Shown: one piece after another, positions 6,852-15,096 of the stretch
Position numbering within the stretch: the first letter of the stretch is position 1
How the letters are laid out: each line of letters starts with the position of its first letter
Virus record (IMG/VR): IMGVR_UViG_3300011335_000409
Span: 1 to 29,727 of that record
DNA length: 29,727 nt
Source: a virus
Taxonomy: Duplodnaviria; Caudoviricetes
Reading direction: 5' to 3' (one strand)
Position numbers and translations under genes: made by a program
Notes under the pieces: model-generated
What the model was told of the DNA's origin: nothing
Database searches by the model: none
What the model saw: only the letters and a program-made list of their open reading frames with translations

Positions 6852-9824
6852 ATGGAAACAGCACTTATAATTTATAGCCAAGGCGACAACGTGCCAACGT
6901 TGGTTGACCTTTATGAAAACGAATCGATTTCGTTACAATACAACTTTACGGACATCAAAGATTTGCGACCACGCGGTAGTTATTCGCGTACGTTTAGAAT
7001 ACCAGCAACTCCAACAAACGCAAAGATATTTGGATTCATTCAAGAGAATACCTACCAATTTGCGAGCTTCAATCCAAAGAGAAAACTCAACGCGATTATC
7101 ACCGTTGATACCATTCCAACTTTGGAAGGTAGCGTACAATTCAAAGCGGTGTACACCCAAGACGGACAAAACCACGAATATGAAATTGTATTCTTTGGCA
7201 ACGTGATTGACTTCTTCAAGAATATTGGAGATGCCGATTTTAAGAACTACATCGGTGCACAACTTCAAACCGATTATCCGGTTGTTATCGAATACGATAG
7301 TATTGCCACTATAAATGCTGAAACGGATATTTATTTAGGGTTAACGGATAGAGGGCAAAATTGGGTTAATAATATTGCAGGTGGTAGGTCTATAAATACT
7401 TTGAATGTAGACCGCGTTTGTAAGGCGGGTGAAATGACACCATTCGTATCGGCTCGATACATCTTCAATAAGATAATGTCTTTGAGTGGTTTCAGTTTGG
7501 GTACTGATTCGGGAACACTAACAAGTGAGTTGGACTTTATGTATATCCCTTGGATAAGCGAAAGCCAAACCATTCAGCAAATAGGTGGCAATCCCGAAAC
7601 TGCAAAGTTTTTACTTAATGGATATACAACGCCTGTATTATTAAATAATACGGATTTCGTTAATGAAACTGTCTATAATACAACTTATCGAATTGCACAT
7701 TTACCAACTTTAAACGAAGCGCAAGACCCAGGAGGAAACGTAGTTGGGAATGTTTATACCGTTCCATTCAATGGTTCGTATAAGATAACTGCATCAATAA
7801 ATTTACAAGTAGAACCCGCTTTTCTTGGTGGTGACTTTTATGGCATTTTTGGTTTTAAATTTATCCGTACAAATGCATTAGGACAAAAGACATTTTTAAC
7901 CAATAGTGGATCAATAGCAACTTACACATTTGATGATAGCGGAACGCAAAACGCAATAGTGAGCAGTCCGATATTGGGAGAAACTGGAAACCAAACGCAA
8001 TTCTTAAACGAAGGTGATACAATAGAGGTTGTATTATATACCTTAAATACTACTGAATTAGATTTGTTTACAGGTGATTTTCAAATCAATGAAGTTGTAT
8101 TTCAAGCCCAAGAAATTAGTAAACCATTATTTGGAAACGTAATTGATTGGACTGCTAACGCGCCTGTGATGAAATGCAGTGAGTTTATCGATTCACTTTT
8201 CAAGATGTATAACTTGGTGGTTGTTCCAAATAAGTTCAACCAAAAGTTAATCGACTTTATACCGTTCCAAGAATACATTTCGCAAGGGGTTAGCAAAGAT
8301 TGGACTCCATTGCTTGACATTAGCAAAGACATTACGTTAATGTCAACTAATGATTACCAAGCGCGGAAGAATACGTGGACTTATAAAGCAAGTAGCGACC
8401 TATTCAACAACATTTATAACACGCAAGGAAACCGTGTATATGGTAGGCTTGAATTGATTGACTCCGAAAACGATTTTGCAACGGATGAAAACAAGGTAGA
8501 GTTGTATTTTGGTTCAACACCGATTGTTCCTGTTAATGGTACGACTTACGCTATTCCCAAATTTGTTAACGAAGATTATTCATATAGCGCACCTAACCCA
8601 AGAATACTTTACAAGGTTGGGGATACTATCAAATTCAATGTTTACAACGATACAACGGGCGGTGTTAACCAAGTTGAAACATTCTTATTTAGTCATTATA
8701 GTGACTTCGTTCCCGACATTCAAAGTAGGGACTTGAACTTTGGACAAGAAACACCATTGTGTTCAGTTAGTTCGATACCATACAAAACACTTTACGCGAG
8801 ATATTGGAACGAATACATCCAAAACATTTACGCACCTGATGCGCGTATTTTAGAGGCTTTCTTTTCGCTTGAATTTGCGGATATTTACAACTTTAATTTC
8901 AACGATAAGATATTCATTAAAGATTCTTATTGGCGAATCTTGTCCATTAGTGACTACGTTGTAGGAACACAAGACACAGTTAAAGTGACATTGATTAAAC
9001 AAGTAACCGCAGAACCTGATTGCTTACTTACTCCCGATTCAATAACCTCTTTAGGTGCGGTTGCTTTCGTTGATGCCAATGGTGATCCTGCGGATGCAAC
9101 ACAAACTTGTTGTGAGGTGTACAATTATAGTTGGAGGGATGGCGGGTGTTATGCGTTTGTTCCTGATTCCGATGGAACAGGCAAACCAAAGAGCGCACAA
9201 CTTACAACGGATAAAGTTTCAAGTGTTGAACCCAATACTAAATCCGCTTTGGTTGTTTCGGATAACAACTTTGTTGGGTTGGGTAATGATAACTCGATAG
9301 TGTTGGGAAGTGGTAACCGATTGGACAGCGGGTTAGATTCCGTTTTTGTTATGGGTTACAACGCATCAGTTATAAATGGCGGTGCTACCATAGGAAGTGC
9401 AGGAACTTACCAAGGTGAAATGCAGAATGGCTTAATACCTATGTGGGGTAAAGGTGACTTTACTAACAACACAACTGCCATAACTTTGTTGGCATATGGA
9501 ACAACTTACATAAATATGCCCGATAACTCGGTTTGGCTTGGTAAATTGCGGTTAATGGTTGGACAAGTAGGGGCTGTAATTGATGCAAGTGTAAGCGGTG
9601 AATACAATCTTCACATTGTACAAAGCGGTGGTACTATAAGCCTAAAGAATGTCACTACCATTGATGAAACGGCTATTGATATAGATGGCAAATTTATCAT
9701 TGACCTGAATATAGTAGGCAGTACATTCGCAATTACGGTTGTATTGGACGATGCAACGGCTTATCCTTACAACACAATCAACATTTCAGCGCAGTTTAAC
9801 TATACACAATACACTTATGCATAA
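6852..9824 (+). CDS. Large tail-tip/baseplate hub protein
   Basis: 990 aa; N-terminal YSRTFRIPAT motif; beta-repeat-like C-terminal part. Confidence 0.65.
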   Translation: METALIIYSQGDNVPTLVDLYENESISLQYNFTDIKDLRPRGSYSRTFRIPATPTNAKIFGFIQENTYQFASFNPKRKLNAIITVDTIPTLEGSVQFKAVYTQDGQNHEYEIVFFGNVIDFFKNIGDADFKNYIGAQLQTDYPVVIEYDSIATINAETDIYLGLTDRGQNWVNNIAGGRSINTLNVDRVCKAGEMTPFVSARYIFNKIMSLSGFSLGTDSGTLTSELDFMYIPWISESQTIQQIGGNPETAKFLLNGYTTPVLLNNTDFVNETVYNTTYRIAHLPTLNEAQDPGGNVVGNVYTVPFNGSYKITASINLQVEPAFLGGDFYGIFGFKFIRTNALGQKTFLTNSGSIATYTFDDSGTQNAIVSSPILGETGNQTQFLNEGDTIEVVLYTLNTTELDLFTGDFQINEVVFQAQEISKPLFGNVIDWTANAPVMKCSEFIDSLFKMYNLVVVPNKFNQKLIDFIPFQEYISQGVSKDWTPLLDISKDITLMSTNDYQARKNTWTYKASSDLFNNIYNTQGNRVYGRLELIDSENDFATDENKVELYFGSTPIVPVNGTTYAIPKFVNEDYSYSAPNPRILYKVGDTIKFNVYNDTTGGVNQVETFLFSHYSDFVPDIQSRDLNFGQETPLCSVSSIPYKTLYARYWNEYIQNIYAPDARILEAFFSLEFADIYNFNFNDKIFIKDSYWRILSISDYVVGTQDTVKVTLIKQVTAEPDCLLTPDSITSLGAVAFVDANGDPADATQTCCEVYNYSWRDGGCYAFVPDSDGTGKPKSAQLTTDKVSSVEPNTKSALVVSDNNFVGLGNDNSIVLGSGNRLDSGLDSVFVMGYNASVINGGATIGSAGTYQGEMQNGLIPMWGKGDFTNNTTAITLLAYGTTYINMPDNSVWLGKLRLMVGQVGAVIDASVSGEYNLHIVQSGGTISLKNVTTIDETAIDIDGKFIIDLNIVGSTFAITVVLDDATAYPYNTINISAQFNYTQYTYA

Positions 9825-9993
9825 CCCAAAGGACACCTTTAAAAATGTTAGACATTTATTACAACACGGACTTGGTAAGGACTTGCCAAGCAATGAAAAT
9901 AAATTGTCAAAAATGACTACTTTAACCATAAATTTTATAGTTTCTGCGTCTTTAATTGTAGGCACGATTTACCTAATTAAATTGATATTCTAA
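9817..9993 (+). CDS. Small protein with a C-terminal transmembrane segment (58 aa)
   Basis: ATG at 9817 overlaps the upstream gene end; stop overlaps the tape-measure ATG. Confidence 0.55.
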   Translation: MHNPKDTFKNVRHLLQHGLGKDLPSNENKLSKMTTLTINFIVSASLIVGTIYLIKLIF

Positions 9994-11714
9994 TGGCTAC
10001 ACAAAAGACAGTAATTGAAGTTGATATTCAAGGCAGTGAACGCGTTGAATCAATGCGCACACAAATGCGTAGGCTTCGTGAGGAGTTGGCGAGGTTGCCA
10101 GAGGGAACAGAAGAATTTAATAAAGTACAACGGCAATTAGGACAACTTAAAGACCAAGTTGACGATTTAGGTCGTGGAGTAAATACGTTGGCAGGTGATC
10201 CGTTAGAGCGTTTGAATAACTCCTTTGGGATGATTGGCGGTTCGTTAATGTCGCTTGACTTTGGCGGTGCGATTCAAGGTTTAAATGGTATGGCTTCCGC
10301 AGTTGGTGACATCAAAATGGATGACATCACCAAAGGCATTGAAGGACTTGGAACTGCGTTTTTAAATCTTGGAAAGTCACTACTTACAAATCCTATATTT
10401 TTAGTTGCGGCAACTTTAACGGCTGTTGGTGTTGCATTATACGAATACGGTCAAACGATGCCATTTGTAACCGATGAAACAAAACAACTTGCAGCGGCAA
10501 CACACGAAGCAACGGTAGCCAGTGAGCAATCATTGAAAGCGTTTGATTTAGAGGAAAGGAAGTTAAGGGCATTAGGTGCGGCAGAAGAAGATATTATAAA
10601 AATACGTAGGCAAAGAGTACAAGAAACTTTAAAGGCTTCTGTTACTGAATTAAAGGCACAACAAAAGCAATTAGAGGAACTGCAAAAGTCATACAATGAA
10701 TCACAGCAAAGAATTGGTAAGACAATGATTGGCGGAGGGTTCACTTACTTACAACAATTAGGAATTGAGAAACTCGGACAGGCTTTTGGATTGGTTGCAA
10801 GTGATGAACAAGTAGCGGATCAAACTAAAAACATTGATGAACTTAAAGGTAAAATTGCAGAATACGAAGTTCAAATCCTGGAACTCAACAAAAAAGAAAC
10901 CGACATCCACGAAAAGAAAGTTGAGCAAAAGCAAAAGGAAGTAAAAGCGGAAAAAAATTCTTTAATTGATAGGAAAAAATTAGTTGAAGATTATTTAAAT
11001 CAAGAAGAAGAAGATTTAAAATTTGCTGAAAGAGAAAAAACTTTAACAGAAGAAGAAGCGGAAAAACAACGATTAGAAAAAGCAAGAATTGCAGCAGTTG
11101 AATTAGGAGAATTAAAGACAAAATTTGCAACTGATTACGCGAGAAAATCAGCACAATTAGAATTAGAAGAAGCCGATAAAGCATCAGCACAAAGATTAGC
11201 AGCAGAAAAGGCTTTTCAAGATGCAAAAGTAAATATTGCAATGGATTCTTTGACCATATTAACTAACTTAAATAGCGCGTTAGTGGATAGTGGTTTAATC
11301 AATGCAAAGAAAGGATTCCAAATTGCTAAAACTTTGGGTATAGCACAAGCCACAATCTCAACCATTGAAGCCACACAAAACGCATTTAATACAGCTTCTG
11401 CTTCACCAATTACAACTGCTTTTCCTGCTTATCCATTTATACAAGCAGGTGTAGCGGCATCAGCAGGTTTAGCACGAATCGCATCAATTAGAGCGCAACA
11501 ATTTAACGGAGGTGGCGGTAACGTTCCCAAGCCAAGCGCAGGAGGTGGCGGAGTTGGTGGCGGTGCTACTCCTGCCCCTGCTGTGGATTTGTCGTTCCTC
11601 AATCAAGGTAGTAATAAATCACAACCTATTCAAACTTATGTCTTGGCAACTAACGTAAGCAATGCCCAGGAAGCGGAACAAAAAATTAAAGACCAATCAA
11701 GAATAATAAAATAA
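9993..11714 (+). CDS. Tape measure protein
   Basis: 573 aa; helical/coiled-coil, Ala/Gln/Lys/Glu-rich, with hydrophobic segments (TNPIFLVAATLTAVGVAL). Confidence 0.8.
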   Translation: MATQKTVIEVDIQGSERVESMRTQMRRLREELARLPEGTEEFNKVQRQLGQLKDQVDDLGRGVNTLAGDPLERLNNSFGMIGGSLMSLDFGGAIQGLNGMASAVGDIKMDDITKGIEGLGTAFLNLGKSLLTNPIFLVAATLTAVGVALYEYGQTMPFVTDETKQLAAATHEATVASEQSLKAFDLEERKLRALGAAEEDIIKIRRQRVQETLKASVTELKAQQKQLEELQKSYNESQQRIGKTMIGGGFTYLQQLGIEKLGQAFGLVASDEQVADQTKNIDELKGKIAEYEVQILELNKKETDIHEKKVEQKQKEVKAEKNSLIDRKKLVEDYLNQEEEDLKFAEREKTLTEEEAEKQRLEKARIAAVELGELKTKFATDYARKSAQLELEEADKASAQRLAAEKAFQDAKVNIAMDSLTILTNLNSALVDSGLINAKKGFQIAKTLGIAQATISTIEATQNAFNTASASPITTAFPAYPFIQAGVAASAGLARIASIRAQQFNGGGGNVPKPSAGGGGVGGGATPAPAVDLSFLNQGSNKSQPIQTYVLATNVSNAQEAEQKIKDQSRIIK

Positions 11715-11717
11715 AAA

Positions 11718-12305
11718 ATGGAAGAAGTAAAAGTTATAGAATACACTATCGATGATAGTGGTTATTTAGGGGTTAACGCGATTTCACTTGTAGAAAATCC
11801 TGCTATTGAAGTTGACTTTGTAGCGTTGTCAAAACAACACGTTAAACAAGCAGCAGTTGAAGAAGGTGAACGCAAGATGTTGTACGGTGCGGTAATGATT
11901 CCCGACCAACTTATTTACCGCGTTAATGGAATGGGTGAAGCCTATTATTGTAAGTATTCAAAGGAAACCATAAACAAGATAGCGCAAGAATATCTTAAAC
12001 GAAATATGCACCACAATTCAAACTTGGAACATCAAATCCCTGTGGCTGGATGTGTAGTTGTTGAATCGTGGATCAAAGAAGGCGCACACGACAAATCAAT
12101 GAACTTTGGATTTAGTTTCCCCGATGGTACTTGGTGCATTGGAATGAAGGTAGACAACGATGAAGTTTGGCAAGATATTAAGCAAGGTAGCGTTAAAGGG
12201 TTTTCACTTGAAGGATTCTTTACCGAAATGAGTGAGGAATATTTAGCCGAGCAAGAAATAGAAAAGATAATGAAGGAACTTGAAGGAGAGTTGAACGGAA
12301 TGTAA
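11718..12305 (+). CDS. Prohead maturation protease (XkdF-like serine protease)
   Basis: AISLVENPAIE, NLEH, VESW, GTW and GFSLEG motifs; lies upstream of scaffold and capsid. Confidence 0.8.
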   Translation: MEEVKVIEYTIDDSGYLGVNAISLVENPAIEVDFVALSKQHVKQAAVEEGERKMLYGAVMIPDQLIYRVNGMGEAYYCKYSKETINKIAQEYLKRNMHHNSNLEHQIPVAGCVVVESWIKEGAHDKSMNFGFSFPDGTWCIGMKVDNDEVWQDIKQGSVKGFSLEGFFTEMSEEYLAEQEIEKIMKELEGELNGM

Positions 12306-12308
12306 TAC

Positions 12309-12374
12309 ACACCCCTTGCCTCTCAACGATGCACACTAGGGGTGTCTTTTCATTACACCGCGTGCAGGTGTATG
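12309..12374 (+). ncRNA. Two hairpins with complementary loops (kissing-loop candidate)
   Basis: Stems ACACCCCT/AGGGGTGT and TACACC/GGTGTA; loops carry TGCAC and GTGCA. Confidence 0.5.
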
Positions 12375-12389
12375 TTTACCCGACAAACA

Positions 12390-12416
12390 AAGAAGCCCCT
12401 CGTTAGGGGCTTTCTT
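12390..12416 (+). terminator. Intrinsic terminator, probably bidirectional
   Basis: AAGCCCCT-CGTT-AGGGGCTT followed by TCTT and preceded by an A-rich tract. Confidence 0.8.
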
Positions 12417-12531
12417 CGTTGAACTAAAACTTAAACAAATAATAAAAACACAAATCGAGGAAATCGATGATTCAAAAGTAAAAACAAAAATGAAATTTTG
12501 CGTCTTAATACAAAATCATTTATTAACAATT

Positions 12532-13134
12532 ATGAGTAAAGTAAACGATATCGTTTCCAAGTACGCTGAAAAGTTGAAGTCATTTGGCATCAGCCTTTCC
12601 GCAGTTGAGGAAGCGGTAGAACAAAAGCAAATGGCTATGGCTGTACTTGCGGATGGAACCGAGGTTTACTCACCCGATGCTGAATTTGGCGTTGGTTCGG
12701 AAATCTTTGTTATGGATGCAGAAGGTAACCCAACCCCTGCACCCGACGGAGAACACGAAACCGCCGAAGGTAAGATATTGGTTGTAGTAGAAGGCAAAAT
12801 CACGGAAGTAAAAGACAAGCCTATGGAAGAAGAACCCAAAGTAGAAATCGAAATCGAAGAGGTTGAGCAATCATCTTTTGATGGAGTTTCTCGCGAGGAG
12901 TTCGAAACAACTATCAACAAACTAATCGAAGGTTTTGAAGCCAAGATTAACGCGTTGAACGCTGAAAAGCAAACCCTATCTGCAACAATTGAGAAGATGT
13001 CTAAAGCACCTGCCACCGAGTCGGTAAAAAAGACAACTCCAGTTGCACAAAAACAAAACGCGGTTGAACCAACTCCATTTAGAGCAATGGATGCACGTTC
13101 TCGCGCTTATCAATTAATTAATTCTAAAAAATAA
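12532..13134 (+). CDS. Capsid scaffolding-like protein
   Basis: Acidic, with an APDGEHET motif and a C-terminal coiled coil; directly before the capsid gene. ATG 12532 is preferred over 12490. Confidence 0.7.
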   Translation: MSKVNDIVSKYAEKLKSFGISLSAVEEAVEQKQMAMAVLADGTEVYSPDAEFGVGSEIFVMDAEGNPTPAPDGEHETAEGKILVVVEGKITEVKDKPMEEEPKVEIEIEEVEQSSFDGVSREEFETTINKLIEGFEAKINALNAEKQTLSATIEKMSKAPATESVKKTTPVAQKQNAVEPTPFRAMDARSRAYQLINSKK

Positions 13135-13138
13135 AAAA

Positions 13139-14047
13139 ATGGCTATTACTATTAATGGTACTTACGCTGGTGAATTAGCATTACCATATATTCACGCAGC
13201 ATTGTTGTCAGGGGATACCTTGGCTAAATCTTACGTTACTTTGAAAGAGGGTGTAAAATACAAAGCAATTCTTAAGAAATTGTCTTCTGCAAGTTTGGTT
13301 CAATCTTGGGATTGTGCGTTTACTGATGACACTCCTTTGACTTTGAATGAGGCAGTATTGACTGTAACTGATTTGAAGGTTAATCTTGAAGTTTGTAAAA
13401 CTGAATTTGCAAAGGATTGGGAAGCCGCACAAACTGGTCGCGGATTTGCTAACGATGTTGTACCAGCAAACTTCCAAGATTTCTTGATTGGTTATGCTGC
13501 TGCTAATGTTGCTCAAAACATCGAGTTCACAATTTGGCAAGGTACTGCAAGTGCTGGAACTTATCCCGCTTTTGATGGTTTGGAAAAGAAAATCAAAGAC
13601 CAATCATCACCAAGCACAACTTGGGCAGTTGCATTGACCGTTGATTCTATCATCGAAAGTATCCAATCAGTTTTGGCTGAATTGCCTACTTCATTGGTTG
13701 GTGATCCAATGGTTAAGGTTTATATGAACCGCGCTACTGCACAATTGTACAAACAAGCAATCGCGAAGGCTGGATATGCATTTGAATTCAACGCATTCAA
13801 AGAATTCAATATGCAAGTTGATGGTTATGATATCTATGTTTGTCCAGGTATTTCTGACAATACAATCATCGTATCTCGTCCCGACAATTTGTTTGTTGGT
13901 GTAGATGCCAATAGCGACTTCGCTGAAGTTAAGGTTGTTGATATGACTTTGACTGATGCATCCGATATGGTACGTATGGCTATGAAGTTCCGTGTAGGTA
14001 CTCAAATCGGATTTGCTTCTGATGTTGCCATCGGTTATCTTGACTAA
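13139..14047 (+). CDS. Major capsid protein
   Basis: 302 aa after protease and scaffold; IWQG...FDGL motif; followed by a terminator. Confidence 0.85.
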   Translation: MAITINGTYAGELALPYIHAALLSGDTLAKSYVTLKEGVKYKAILKKLSSASLVQSWDCAFTDDTPLTLNEAVLTVTDLKVNLEVCKTEFAKDWEAAQTGRGFANDVVPANFQDFLIGYAAANVAQNIEFTIWQGTASAGTYPAFDGLEKKIKDQSSPSTTWAVALTVDSIIESIQSVLAELPTSLVGDPMVKVYMNRATAQLYKQAIAKAGYAFEFNAFKEFNMQVDGYDIYVCPGISDNTIIVSRPDNLFVGVDANSDFAEVKVVDMTLTDASDMVRMAMKFRVGTQIGFASDVAIGYLD

Positions 14048-14061
14048 TAATTCACTATGAT

Positions 14062-14093
14062 AAAAAGGTGGGAGGGTTAGCCTCCTGCCTTTT
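14062..14093 (+). terminator. Intrinsic terminator after the capsid gene
   Basis: AAAAGGTGGGAGG-GTTAG-CCTCCTGCCTTTT. Confidence 0.75.
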
Positions 14094-14125
14094 ATTGTAA
14101 ATAATAACAACTTAAAATTTATATT

Positions 14126-14671
14126 ATGGCTTGTGAATTAACCGCAGGATTTACGTTGGATTGTAAAGAGGGCGTAGGTGGTATTAAGGCTATCTACCTT
14201 CAACAACTTGCTGACTTCCAAAATGGAGTAAGTGTAGACGCTACAACTGGCGAAATTGATGGATTAAGCACCGCTTCAATTTATCAATTCACCCTTCCAA
14301 AACATACAGGAAGTTTCACCGAAGAGGTGCAAAGTTCAGTTGAGAATGGAACTATCTTCTACACTCAAACAGTTACTGCTACTTTCTTTCAGTTGTCTGC
14401 TGCACGTAGAAAGCAACTTGAAATCATTGCAAAGAATCGTTTGGTTGTTTTTGTTTTAGATAACAACAACAACATTTGGATGGTTGGTAAAGTTGACGGA
14501 GCAGAAGTTACTGCTATGTCAACTGCTACAGGTACTGCTAAAGGTGATTTGAATGGTTACACCATCACTTTCACCGCAGAAGAAAAGAATAAGGCTTATC
14601 GTTTGGAATCATATGCTAATGATCCATTTGATAACTTCAATACTATCACGGTAGTAGCTCCAACTATTTAA
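14126..14671 (+). CDS. Major tail (tube) protein
   Basis: 181 aa; N-terminus MACELTAG..LDCK.GVGGIK and C-terminal NGYTITFTAEE strand. Confidence 0.7.
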   Translation: MACELTAGFTLDCKEGVGGIKAIYLQQLADFQNGVSVDATTGEIDGLSTASIYQFTLPKHTGSFTEEVQSSVENGTIFYTQTVTATFFQLSAARRKQLEIIAKNRLVVFVLDNNNNIWMVGKVDGAEVTAMSTATGTAKGDLNGYTITFTAEEKNKAYRLESYANDPFDNFNTITVVAPTI

Positions 14672-14673
14672 CT

Positions 14674-14681
14674 TATATTTG
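14674..14681 (+). promoter_or_regulatory. TATATTTG -7 element with a near-leaderless transcript
   Basis: Exact TAnnTTTG match 7 nt before the ATG at 14689. Confidence 0.55.
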
Positions 14682-14688
14682 TTTAGCA

Positions 14689-15096
14689 ATGAATTACTTG
14701 CAGACAAATACCGCATCTCAAACTCTCCTCCTTTCTCTTAAAGAGGGGAGTTTGTTATTTGCGACAACATACACGAATTACCTTGTTGTAATTCAAAACG
14801 AAATAACTTTAGAGACCTTCTATGTTATCCCTTCTACAATCAGCGAAAACGATAGGATTACGACTTTGGCAATTAGTACAAATGACGATGATCCAACTAA
14901 TGGTTCTATTCTTGTTGTTAATGGCGGAAGGTATAACTTTATTGTATATGGTCAGAACTCTGACACTAACCTTGACCCTACGAGTGGGGATGTGGTGGGA
15001 GAAATTAAGAGGGGATTTATACAATTCGAAACGGTTGTAAATTATTACAATCAACCCAATATAGTAATTCCAAGTGATATCGAATATAATGGATAA
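14689..15096 (+). CDS. Hypothetical virion protein, possibly head closure
   Basis: 135 aa, beta-rich, between tail tube and portal. Confidence 0.55.
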   Translation: MNYLQTNTASQTLLLSLKEGSLLFATTYTNYLVVIQNEITLETFYVIPSTISENDRITTLAISTNDDDPTNGSILVVNGGRYNFIVYGQNSDTNLDPTSGDVVGEIKRGFIQFETVVNYYNQPNIVIPSDIEYNG

